Shown here piece after piece: positions 11,381 to 21,971 of a stretch of 32,188 bases of DNA. Numbering within the stretch: position 1 is the stretch's first letter; every line of letters starts with the position of its first letter. The notes beneath the pieces were generated by a model. The model ran no database searches. It was given only the letters and a program-made list of their open reading frames with translations, and was not told the origin of the DNA. The DNA is from Meyerozyma guilliermondii (lineage: Eukaryota): positions 992,001 through 1,024,188 of the forward strand of contig CP128820.1 of the NCBI GenBank assembly GCA_051546255.1, written 5' to 3'. The position numbers were made by a program, and so were the translations under genes.

Positions 11381-11403
11381 CGCGCCTCATTCTATGAGGC
11401 GCG
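11381..11403. repeat. Perfect 10-bp inverted repeat/hairpin CGCGCCTCAT-TCT-ATGAGGCGCG
   Basis: Read directly; begins 4 bp after the last array motif. Confidence 0.8.
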
Positions 11404-11987
11404 AAATATGTGCGTTGACGCACTATAAAAATATTCCTGTCCCATGTTGGTGTACATTGATAACAGTTTGACCCCGAATCCCCAAAAACCTCGCTGAGCT
11501 TTTAAATACACATGCAATGTAATTTGCGCACTCGGAAGTGTAGATCTTTATCAATTCGCCAAACCTCTTTGAGAATCGTTCCAATGATATATAGTTATGC
11601 GTGTAGCAAAGAATAACTACGCTCAAATAGGTCTCACATTCGTACTCCATACTTTGGAAGCAGCTCACGACAAGAGCCGAAGTCACTTTTTGAGACTTCA
11701 ACATGTAGTTTTGACAAAATTTTTGAGTAGTGAAACTTTATTCTCGCGGACTCTGGCTTTAAACGACCCTATATTTATATTTGCTGAAACGCTTTAACTC
11801 TTTAATTGGCTGTTAAATCGAGAATTGTTACCCTATCAAGTATTTTCAGCCCCTGTATTGTGTATAAAGGAACAATTCTCCACCTCTGAATGCAATTTCG
11901 ACTTACTCATTTTATCCAACAGGCAGAATGTTTTTCGAGGAGTCAGAGTTCGAAGACAATAGAAGTCCAGTAACTTCCGACTAAAGT

Positions 11988-12395
11988 TTATTTTTCGATC
12001 AGTATTCCTTTTTTGGCTCCAAGTATTCCCATAGTGGCGATAAATACAGTCAAAATTATCCCAATGCTCACCAAGTATGACACATAAAAAGTCCGCTGCT
12101 CTTTACAACGATAAGCCATAAACATGGCAAATGTAGTTGATGAGATTGAAAAAATAGATCTGCTAATGTTTATAATGCCCCCATCCAATACATATTGACA
12201 TTCATCAACAACTTCCATGAATGTACTAATGCCTATTGTTACCCCAGCTACAATCAAGTGCCATTTTTTCCAATCATTGTTTGTTGATATCAGGTCCCCG
12301 CTAGTAGGCATCAGGTATACTGTCACAGCTGGTATTATTCCGGTCTTTAAAAGACACACAGTCACAAGCACTAAAAGCCATAGACTACGCAGCAT
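11988..12395 (-). CDS. Hypothetical small membrane protein (~4 TM)
   Basis: 135-aa ATG-initiated ORF with four hydrophobic stretches; TATA-like TATTATATAG on the minus strand near 12513-12522. No family recognised. Confidence 0.45.
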   Translation of the reverse strand: MLRSLWLLVLVTVCLLKTGIIPAVTVYLMPTSGDLISTNNDWKKWHLIVAGVTIGISTFMEVVDECQYVLDGGIINISRSIFSISSTTFAMFMAYRCKEQRTFYVSYLVSIGIILTVFIATMGILGAKKGILIEK

Positions 12396-14942
12396 AATGC
12401 GAACTATGAATTCAAAAAAAATTGATTACTCAAAGCTGACACAAAAATAATCTCTAACCGCACTTAGATTAATCATGAGTGCACTTCACTGTCTGTGAGC
12501 GGGCTTCTTGCGCTATAATACGAAATAAAACTTCCAAGACTAAACAGTTTTCGCTTATAATTGTTTCAATACACTAATTGGGTCCAGTTTCCGAAGTTCA
12601 CCTATTCTGTAACTACACCGTTCTCGAAAAAATGCGTAGAAAATCAATATGTGAATCATAAGTGCGAGTTTATGTGATTAGCTTTTGTCGATGTAGGGAA
12701 ACCCTACATTTCTGTAGATTCAAATGCTTTGACTTTACGGAACATCAATGTAGCATTTCTCCGTGATGGAAGTTCGTATCACAGTATGCGTATGCATGCA
12801 TGTTCGAAATTAATAATCACAAAATTTTGACACCGTGCATGCTTTATCATTGTTGTTACGTCAAAAAATGCTGCAAATGCAAGCTGTCAATGCACTACTT
12901 CTATTAGGAGGTGCATACTAACGTTGCCAAATACTCTCTACAAGGAGATTCTGTTGCGCAAGAGACAGTTCCTATCCAAGCTCAAATCCAATTCTTATTG
13001 CTTTTTGGATTGAATAATATTCTTGTCGGACTTATTTCTTGACTGCTGCATATGCATGTTGTCAATGCACAATTCATTCCACTTCCGGACGTGCATGCTT
13101 ACTATGCCAGTTATTCCTGGCTTTTGAAGCACATTGTATTCAAAATTGAAGCCGTTCGAAACATGACTGAAGTTGAATCACGATACAAATCATACATACA
13201 AACACAAAAGTCAAGTACGGATGAAGATAGTTGATATATCGAAAACAAGAGCTGCAGATGGTCGTGTGATGGTTGTGAGCGCGCGCATTTAAATTTAGTC
13301 CGAAAATTTCCAGATGCGTGTTCTTCCTAGTGGAGAGCGAGTATAAGTAAGAAGACAAATCTGAGAATGAGTATGGATTTCAATTCTAAACAGCCTCCTG
13401 AGTACAACGAGATCTACGGCAAAAGAGTGCGCACGAGTCATTGTGTTGCTTTTAGTGCTGTAGTCGGTACCCTCCTTATCGTCTCTACTTATTTCGTTAT
13501 GAACATGCAAGATTGATGACAAGATTTCTTGTGATGCCCGAAGTATTTTAGTCAATGGTCAACTTCGATGGATTCTCAAATTTAGAGAACACTACTACCA
13601 ATATATATGAGTCTATGGCGTGCTATGTTGTCAAAGAGGTGCAAATCAGCAACATGGTTTATACTTAATAAAACATAAAACCTCGATCAAAATACAAGAG
13701 CAAAATCAGTTTGAGCTGGCTGAGCGGTTAATTGGTAGCGATACTGGAACCAGAATGGGAAGCATACGCCGCCTATAATATATTGGAGTAGGTTCCTACT
13801 CCGAAAACAGGCTCTGTCCATTATGTGAATCATACCAATTATAGCGGAAGGCTTAGTTCTGTATCCACGGAAATGGTTGCAAGCTTATTCATAAAAATGG
13901 GACTATTCTCGATATAATTGTCATTAAAGTGCTTATGCCTTTCGTTTAACAAGAGCCAGAACCGCATAAAAAAGAGCTTTTCTGGCAAACAATAAATTGC
14001 AAGCGATATCTTGCAGTGGCCATTATTCACAAGCTGTGGAGAGGTGGAGCGACAATCAATGAAAAAGAGAAACTCATGACAGGACTGAAGAGCATAAACT
14101 ATGTAAGAAGTTTAAAATCTTAAGCCTTGAGTGCAAATTTTACGACAATCTATTCTCTCGTTTGCCGCCAGAGTCTCTTTCGAATACTTGTATGCGACAT
14201 TTGCTCGTAATTAGTGAGTTTGAAGATGATTTTGAGCATAATTAAGTGAAGCGATATCGTGATACAGAAGTTTGACTATGAGAACCGTTCATAGATTTGA
14301 AGCCCGACAGCGATAACTAGAGTCCAACCAAAGCTCCAAGTCTCCGGAGTCGTTATCAAGAACTTCGTTATCGACTAATAAGTTCAGTATTTGAAAAAAT
14401 TCATCTGGATTGAGATTTTGTTTAAGTATAAATGTGTATTTATTGAATTCTTAGACATATCACCATCAAGACGGAATAGGTTCAATAAATTGCCAAGGAA
14501 GAATCAAAGATAACAAACCGCTCAATTTGTGCAGCCAGTATATAATTACGGCCATATTCTGTTATCACCTTATCAAAGGATGAATTAAACTCAAAGAAGA
14601 ATAGGTTTAATTGTCGAGTAAAGAGCTGGTGAGCTATCTTTCTGCTCAGGCTGAATTCCGAGTTCAAATTATTTCGAGATTTGCAGCTGTTGGTCCGGCA
14701 TATAACCCAACCTTGAACACACTTGACCTTTTTAGTGGATATAAGCCTGCAATTTATTTCTTCATTATATTGACCAGATGGGGTCTGCAGCTCTTTCCCC
14801 CAATCGCTGTGGAAGGTCGACCCCGGGGAAGGAGATATTCTGGTACCAAGATATAAAGAGCGGCTAAATTGCCGTTTAAGATAACATTAGGTGCGGCGCA
14901 CAGAGATAAAGTTTTAGCACGGTTTTCGAATTGGACATTTCA

Positions 14943-15926
14943 ATGCACTTGCAGAAAACTGGAATAGTATTGATTGGATCCGGAGGAGTTGGAACTATAG
15001 CTGCTTTTGTTCTTGAAGCAGGTGGAAAAGCTTGTGTTACTTCTGTTGTTCGTTCAGATTACGAATTTGTCACAGCCAGAGGTTACGAGATCCATTCTTG
15101 CGACTACGGTCACATCGAAAATTTTCGACCAACTAATGTTGTGGCAAGTGTGGAAGAGGCTTAGAAGCATGGACCGTTTGAGTATCTTGTCGTCACAACA
15201 AAAAATCTTCCGGACATTCTTAAAGTTGAGGATTTAATAGCACCACTTGTTTCGTCGGAGTCTACAATTTTTTTGCTTCAAAATGGCATTGACATTGGAA
15301 AACCAGTCATGGATAAGTTTCCCCAGAATGTCATTTTGAGCGGTGTGAGTATGATATCGTCCACTAATCACGGAGGTATCATAGAGCACGAGACACTTGA
15401 TTCAGTGAAAATAGGATACTTTGAAAACTCCAATTTACCTCTTGAGATTCAAGAAACAAGATGCAAAAGACTCATTAACAAGCACAATGAATGCGTGTAT
15501 GATGACAATGTCAAGCTCACCAGATGGCGCAAGTTGGTATACAATGCTACGCTCAATTCGGTATGTACTTTAACTGGGGTAGATGTTGGTCGACTCGAGC
15601 TTTGGGGTGCGAACGATACTATCACCAGGAAAGCTATGAGAGAGGTGTTGGAGATTGCCAAGTCCAATGGAGTTGAAGTTCCAGAAAGTACTATTGAAGA
15701 AATGCTTGGTCAGATGGGGTTTATTACTCACCATATGTTAGTTGATATCAGGAAGGGTAACTACATTGAGGTGGAGGTTATACTCGGAAATGCAGTCAGA
15801 ACCGCTATGAGAAATGGTGTTGTATGTCCCATTTTGACATTGATATACAACCTTCTTCGTGTGGTCCAAATGCGTACCAAAGAGGCGAAAGGAGCTATTA
15901 CTGTTCCCCCTTAGAGACCAAAGTAA
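14943..15926 (+). pseudogene. Ketopantoate reductase (ApbA/PanE family) pseudogene
   Basis: LIGSGGVG, RSDY, VTTKN, LLQNG, RWRKLVYNA, MLVD, EVEVILGN. In-frame TAG at 15162-15164, a locally frameshifted segment ~15708-15735, and a second TAG at 15912 shortly before TAA 15924-15926. Confidence 0.85.
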
Positions 15927-16140
15927 CTATCTAGCAAATTACAATTATTTCCTATTTTGTCGCATCTTGCATAAGCAAGTGCGGAGATTACGTGAGTCTC
16001 GGAGAATATATACGAGCCTTATCTGGGGCAGAGGAAGGTGGAGGAGGATCAGCATTTGTCCCAACTAGGGAGTAACCGAAGTGAGGACTAAACACACTCC
16101 TGTGTTTTTCTATAAAAGCCCAATGGTCCAAATGTAAAGC

Positions 16141-17811
16141 ATGACGAAAGATAAAGGAACTTTGATAGAAGTCAGCGAGGTGCCGGTTGACCACGAAAAT
16201 GCGGCTTCAACTAAAACTGTCCCAGAAGGTGTGATTGGCGAGAAAGAGGGCCAGGGCCAGTTCAAAAGATCTTTCAAGACTAGACATATTCAGATTGTCA
16301 CCTTGGGCTCCAACATTGGTTCAGGAATTTTCATTTCTACGGGAAAAGCTTTGCGGTTCGCGGGACCAGGAAGTATGATTATTTCCTATACCATTGTATG
16401 TTCGATGGTTATTTGTGTTTTGGAGATTATTACCGAGCTTTCGATCGTGTATCCTTCCTCAGGTAATTTCATTGATTTTACTGAACGATTTTTGGATCCT
16501 GCTGCTGCATTTGCAGTGGGTTTAGGTGAATGGTTAGCCTGGACAACAGTTATGGCATCTGAAGGTGCTGCTGTTTTTACGTTGGTTTCATACTGGACTA
16601 CCACAGTACCGGTAGCTGCTTGGATGACAATAATTTTGGTTGTGACGTTTGCAATTCATGCGTTACCCATCATATGGTTCGCTGAATTTCAATATGGAAC
16701 TTCCATTGTCAAGGTGGTGATGTTGCTCATGATTTTGATTTCTTGTATTGTGATGTGTGCTGGAGGAGGACCAACCGGAACTGTTCACAATGGTCAATTT
16801 TGGGACAGTTCCGAGTACGAAGTATTCAAGAATGGTGTGCGTGGGTTTTCATTTAGCTGCCTTTACTGCTTATGGGGAGTCGGTGACCAAGTGTTCATTG
16901 GAATGCTAGCTGGAGAATCAGAGAGTCCTCGATTTTCAATGCCCAGAACCGTTAAAAGTGCCGGTATTCGTGTGTTTGGGTTTTTCATGATTCTAGTAAT
17001 GTTCATTACGCTTTTGGTTCCCGAATCAGATCCTAGACTATGGGGAACCGCTGGGTCGATCACTAGCTCTCCTTTTATCATAGCGATGAACGATGCCGGG
17101 ATAAAATATTTGCCGGATGTCATAAATGGTATGATGGTAGTGTGCTTGGCTTTGGGTGGATTGGAGCCAGTTTATATTGCAGCACGGTGTATAAGACATT
17201 TGGCGGTTAGAGGAATGCTTCCAAAGTTCATTGCCAGAGTGGACAAGCAAGGAAGACCCACTTGGTCTCTTTTGATAACATTTCTTTTCACGATAGTGTT
17301 CACATACATGAACTGTTCAGGAACTGGAGCTACCGTTTTCACTTGGTTTTCATCTATAACCACTACCATCTTCATGGTGGTATGGGTTGTGTTGGGAATA
17401 GTCTCCATAAGGTTTCACTTGGCAATCAGAGCACAGAACTCAGATATTTTGATACAGAAACATTCTTGGAGAGCCAAGCTTTTTCCTGTGGGTCCTGTTT
17501 TCTTATCACTTACAAGTTTTTTGATTCTCGTTGGTTTATTCTACGGGTCTTTGTTTCCAGTTGGTGGAAAGCCGAACGCTTACGATTTCTTTACAACTTA
17601 TCTTGGAGTACCTCTTATCTTGGTTGCGTACGCTTGTTATAAGGTGTATTTTCGCACCTCGATTCCTAAATTGTCAGAAATCGATTTGCTTGAAGGTCAC
17701 AGACCACTCAGTGAAAGAGAAGTCGTGATAATGGACTACTATACGTCCCTACCATGGTACAAGCGACTTTGGACTTATGTTAATACCGCAGATTCAAAAC
17801 ACTTGACATAG
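16141..17811 (+). CDS. Amino-acid permease (APC superfamily, YAT family)
   Basis: 556 aa, ~12 TM; RHIQIVTLGSNIGSGIF, AEFQY, AGESESPR, SPFIIA, DKQGRP. Confidence 0.92.
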   Translation: MTKDKGTLIEVSEVPVDHENAASTKTVPEGVIGEKEGQGQFKRSFKTRHIQIVTLGSNIGSGIFISTGKALRFAGPGSMIISYTIVCSMVICVLEIITELSIVYPSSGNFIDFTERFLDPAAAFAVGLGEWLAWTTVMASEGAAVFTLVSYWTTTVPVAAWMTIILVVTFAIHALPIIWFAEFQYGTSIVKVVMLLMILISCIVMCAGGGPTGTVHNGQFWDSSEYEVFKNGVRGFSFSCLYCLWGVGDQVFIGMLAGESESPRFSMPRTVKSAGIRVFGFFMILVMFITLLVPESDPRLWGTAGSITSSPFIIAMNDAGIKYLPDVINGMMVVCLALGGLEPVYIAARCIRHLAVRGMLPKFIARVDKQGRPTWSLLITFLFTIVFTYMNCSGTGATVFTWFSSITTTIFMVVWVVLGIVSIRFHLAIRAQNSDILIQKHSWRAKLFPVGPVFLSLTSFLILVGLFYGSLFPVGGKPNAYDFFTTYLGVPLILVAYACYKVYFRTSIPKLSEIDLLEGHRPLSEREVVIMDYYTSLPWYKRLWTYVNTADSKHLT

Positions 17812-17957
17812 CTGCAAATTTGGCTGCATGGTGCGGCTGCATGATGCAAGATAAGGTATATATACGAATGGATAACCAAAATCACATCAGTTGAAATACG
17901 GATCTCAATTGGTTCCGCCACGGCTCGGAGCATAATCTGCCACGACTGGAGTAGCCT

Positions 17958-18222
17958 GCCACAGCTATAAGGCTGGGAAATTACTTTAGGGAATAAATCT
18001 ACCTGTCAGCTTACGTTATACTGATTCGAAAGGTACCCTTACGACTACGATGGTCATGTCTAGCCTACTATTAATAAAAGTTGTTACCTCACGTAAAGCA
18101 GAACATCCCGAAAGACAATCTAGGCACCAGTTGCGATCCCTATTTTGTCTCATCGTAAATGTACCCACTGTGGCTTATCCACACTAATATGGTATCGTGA
18201 CTAGCGATGATTCAGACTGTGG
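17958..18222. promoter_or_regulatory. Met31/Met32-like CTGTGG cores upstream of the TauD gene
   Basis: GCCACAG 17958-17964, ACTGTGGC 18167-18174, ACTGTGG 18216-18222 (consensus AAACTGTGGC). Confidence 0.4.
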
Positions 18223-18264
18223 AGTTTTGGATTATAAATTGAGAAGATCCCGAACAGATCTCCA

Positions 18265-19476
18265 ATGACGACTACTATAAATATTCAACAAAAAGTGCAA
18301 GTTGTCAATGAAGACTTGAGCAAGCTTGTGGTGGACCTTAAAAATGCCAATGGATTCAACCCGGGGTTCAAGGACTCGTTTGATGCAAATGAGGTTCCTG
18401 TTCATACCAGAAACAGATTGACAAAGTATGGCATTGATTTGTCCAAAGGATACCCTGAAAGACCAGGAAACATTCCTCATTTCTTGGACGAAGGGTATGC
18501 TATCCGGGACACTCCTAACCCCAATTATGTTGAACGAGGAAAGAATGCGGACCCGGAAAAGAAAGCATTATTTGCAGCAGTTAAAGAAATTAGGCAATTG
18601 ACACCCCAGGTAGGAACTGAGCTTGTTGGGATCCAGCTTGAAAAGCTCAATGAAAAGCAATTGGACGAACTTGCTCTTCTTATCGCAGAAAGAGTAGTGG
18701 TGGTAATTCGCAACCAAGACTTGTCTCCGCAGAAACAATTGGCTATTGGCAAGTACTATGGTGAGGTTGAGGTTCATCCACTTGTTGCCCATGTTCCTGG
18801 ATATCCTGGTATTACTACTGTATGGTCGAAATTTAACCGTGGAGGTCCTTTGATCAGCTACCAAAAGGGTATCCATAACGGTTGGCACCAGGACATGGAC
18901 CATGAAAGATCTCCAGCTGGAATCACACATTTGCACTTGGACTCTGTTCCAGAAGTTGGTGGAGATACGGGGTTTGCTTCGGGTTACGCTGCGTACGATA
19001 AGCTCTCCAAGACACTTCAGGAATTTCTCGAAAAGAGAACTGCTCTTCATCGGTCGGCTCACTCATACTTGAAACGAGACAATGTATTGGCAGCACCAGA
19101 ACCAATTGTTAGAGAGCACCCATTGGTGATAACTCATCCTGCTACCGGGTGGAAATCTCTCTTTGTTAATCGTGCCCATACGTTCAAAATCGTGGGTTTG
19201 GAAGATAGTGAGTCAGCGGTTCTTTTAGAGTACTTGTTCTCGGTATACGAACGGAATTTGGATGTTCAGACTCGGGTCACCTGGCAACCCACCGAGCCAG
19301 GATTGGGCACATCGGTACTCTGGGACAATAGAATTAGTCAACATATTGCCATTCCTGATTATAACGACTCCAAGGGAAAACTTCGTCATGCTAACCGAGT
19401 AACTTCTTTGAGCACTCCGTTGAAATTTGACCCAGAGTCCAAGTCTCAAAGGGAAGCACTTGGATTGGACAAATAA
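18265..19476 (+). CDS. Fe(II)/2-oxoglutarate-dependent sulfonate dioxygenase (TauD/JLP1 family)
   Basis: WHQD (HxD), GGDT, HPLVITHPATGWKSLFVN, WDNRISQH, RHANRVT. Confidence 0.92.
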   Translation: MTTTINIQQKVQVVNEDLSKLVVDLKNANGFNPGFKDSFDANEVPVHTRNRLTKYGIDLSKGYPERPGNIPHFLDEGYAIRDTPNPNYVERGKNADPEKKALFAAVKEIRQLTPQVGTELVGIQLEKLNEKQLDELALLIAERVVVVIRNQDLSPQKQLAIGKYYGEVEVHPLVAHVPGYPGITTVWSKFNRGGPLISYQKGIHNGWHQDMDHERSPAGITHLHLDSVPEVGGDTGFASGYAAYDKLSKTLQEFLEKRTALHRSAHSYLKRDNVLAAPEPIVREHPLVITHPATGWKSLFVNRAHTFKIVGLEDSESAVLLEYLFSVYERNLDVQTRVTWQPTEPGLGTSVLWDNRISQHIAIPDYNDSKGKLRHANRVTSLSTPLKFDPESKSQREALGLDK

Positions 19477-19559
19477 CCTCAGATTTAATAGACTACATGA
19501 TATATGGCTTTCTCGAATAAATTGAATCAATAAAATCTCTGAATAAAAGTATTGAGATT

Positions 19560-20050
19560 TTAGAAATATTAAATGAATAGGTTTCTTTATTTAAGTTGGA
19601 GATTGTTGATAATCTACTTATATTCCTTTTCATGATCGCTCATTCAAAATCATACTTGAATTAGAATTTCTTATATTAATGGAAAAGTAATAAGTAGAAT
19701 TACCAATAATGGTGGTTCCAAGTTGATGTACATTGAAAATAAAAGGATGCTAAAGGATTAAAACTAACACTTTCTTTATCAGCAACACAACCAATAAAAT
19801 CTATGAAGGTAAAATATTAACACTATAGTTGAAGCTATCTTTATCTCTGGAGATTATAGTTATATTTAATCTAGCTGTACCTCTTTTATAATCGTCGTAT
19901 ACCAGATGCATTTAGGTTGGAACTTAATCCCGATTACATATTTGATTTCTAGTTATATTTAATATGAGGGAATATGGATGTAGTCGCTCGTGGTTAATTT
20001 GGTGTGTACTCATTAGTCGTTGCTATATTTTCTTCTACCATTCGTTTTAT
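19560..20050 (+). other. AT-rich insert, probable degenerate mosaic NUMT
   Basis: Strongly AT-rich relative to flanks. 19893-19929 CGTCGTATACCAGATGCATTTAGGTTGGAACTTAATC resembles cox1 RRIPD(YPD)AFxGWNLI with small deletions. Confidence 0.45.
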
Positions 20051-20091
20051 AATATTCATTCTTATTCATTTCTCTGTTTCTGCTTCCAGAG

Positions 20092-21642
20092 CTAGTAAAC
20101 GTACCTAAAGAACGGATTCTGCTTATCGGTCAAATCCATAAATTCAATGTTATCTGGTTTTTCCATTGGTGACTCAAGCTGTTTCTTGTCCCGTCTTTTA
20201 TTCTCCCACTTGTTGAGCACAAAGTAAGAACCCAATAAAATCACCGTGATTACCCATAAGATCAAAGCCACTACTTTGGCTCTCAAGTACTTGGGTCCAT
20301 CGTCAAAAACTTGGGGACCAATGAAGTAAGCCACTGCCAATCCTGTAAAGATTATTCCATTAGTGGTGGTTTTCTTGGTGTGTCCCACCACATTGGAGGC
20401 CGATATAGCTGATATAAGTGCAAATGGTGTAGCACTTGAACCCATCAAGATGATATATGCCACGAGCTGGACCTCCTTCCTATACAACGAGCCAACATTC
20501 TGCAACCCTACCATCAAGCCCATGCCGAAAATTGACATGAGCATACACAAGAAAAATGCCAAGGTTCTGTTTCTGTATTTGTCACCGATCCAGCCGAATC
20601 CAAAAGCGCAAATGATTTGCAAAAATCCAGATGGAAGCGTTTGAACGAGCAAAGTGATATCGGTTCCAAATCCATAGGAAACAAGCATTTGTGAAGCGAA
20701 AACTTGGATTCCTCCCACAGGAATTTGGCTGGTAACCATGAATAAAAAGTAGATCCACGTTCTCACGTCCAAAAGACACTCCCGAAATTGATCCCACTTG
20801 AATTCGTGACTCCCCACCCCATGCTGGTTATCACGAAGTCTCTCTATGGCTATTCTCCTTTCTCTATCGGAAAAGTATTTCGCTTTGATTGGTGACTCTG
20901 CCATGAAAAGAAACATGCAACCTCCCCACACGACAGTAGAGCTTCCGATTCCAAGACTCAAGATTCTCCACGATGCATACGTTACATTGGTTTCTTGGTG
21001 GCCCCGATAAGCAGAAAATGCTAGGATTGAACCAAGCATAGAAGCAAATCCAACAGATGTGAACCACATACCACTGCGAGTACTCTGTTCATATTTCCGG
21101 TACCACTTTCCTGTTATCAACACTAACCCAGTTACAGTGGGAGATTCAAGTACTCCCATAAGGGCTCGTACCGTCATCAAACCACCAAAAGAATGGCACG
21201 CAGCCATGCACATCAAAGTTGCACCCCACAACATACCAAAGAAAGAAACATACTTGCTTTCGGAAAAAATTTGCATCATACGACTGTGCGGGTAAGCCGA
21301 GATAAGAAACGTTCCATAGTAGATCGAACCAACCCAAGAATACTCAGATCCTTTCAAATTGCAATCTTCTTTCAACCCCATGATTGCCGTATACGTCAAG
21401 GTTTGTTTGTCCAAAAACTGGAAAAAATACATGGAAAATAACCATGGGAGCACAAACATGTCGATTTTCCGCAAAACTTTCTTTTCCTCCTCGGGAGAAA
21501 AGTCGAGTGTTTCTCCGTCGATAAGCTCCAAAGCCTTATCGGCACCATCAACTTGTTGGTGCTTGTGGGGTTCATCAACCACCAGCAGCACTTGAGACGT
21601 TACCGACGCCATCATGGGTATTTCCTTGGTCTCTTTCTCCAT
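20092..21642 (-). CDS. Allantoate/dipeptide permease-like MFS (ACS/DAL5 family)
   Basis: 516 aa; VLRKIDM, QFLDK, WYRKYEQSTR, NVVGHTKKTT, FIGPQVF, ENKRRD, EFMDLTDKQNPFFRYVY. Confidence 0.92.
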   Translation of the reverse strand: MEKETKEIPMMASVTSQVLLVVDEPHKHQQVDGADKALELIDGETLDFSPEEEKKVLRKIDMFVLPWLFSMYFFQFLDKQTLTYTAIMGLKEDCNLKGSEYSWVGSIYYGTFLISAYPHSRMMQIFSESKYVSFFGMLWGATLMCMAACHSFGGLMTVRALMGVLESPTVTGLVLITGKWYRKYEQSTRSGMWFTSVGFASMLGSILAFSAYRGHQETNVTYASWRILSLGIGSSTVVWGGCMFLFMAESPIKAKYFSDRERRIAIERLRDNQHGVGSHEFKWDQFRECLLDVRTWIYFLFMVTSQIPVGGIQVFASQMLVSYGFGTDITLLVQTLPSGFLQIICAFGFGWIGDKYRNRTLAFFLCMLMSIFGMGLMVGLQNVGSLYRKEVQLVAYIILMGSSATPFALISAISASNVVGHTKKTTTNGIIFTGLAVAYFIGPQVFDDGPKYLRAKVVALILWVITVILLGSYFVLNKWENKRRDKKQLESPMEKPDNIEFMDLTDKQNPFFRYVY

Positions 21643-21757
21643 TTTAAGTAGCGTAATGGTTGCACGATGTCATTTTATATTGTTCAGCGATGAGTTAGAT
21701 GTGGTGAAAAATTCCGTGCGGAGGTGCAAGGCGGCGGGATTTCGCGACTTGGCTAGG

Positions 21758-21814
21758 TCGAGTCAGGGAGAATAAGGACGACTACAGATCGTCGAGTCAG
21801 GGATATCGAGTCAG
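21758..21814. repeat. Three TCGAGTCAG copies (TGACTC core on the minus strand) in the permease promoter
   Basis: Copies at 21758, 21792, 21806. Confidence 0.6.
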
Positions 21815-21971
21815 AGAGGAACAAGGCTGGGAAATTAGGAAGTGAAAAGATAAAGTCTGTTTTGTGTTAAAAATATTTAAGATATTGACTTAGATTATTA
21901 CGTAGATTTTTTGTTTATATTGTGGGGACGTTTAGGTGCATAATTACGAGCGATGCGCAACCTAAAATAAT

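Noticed and set aside
18568..19062. 164-aa antisense ORF and the other ORFs nested in real genes
   Set aside because: Shadow ORFs with no protein motifs.
19604..19787. Solo LTR (TGTTG...CAACA)
   Set aside because: No target-site duplication and too short; a NUMT explains the AT-rich block better.
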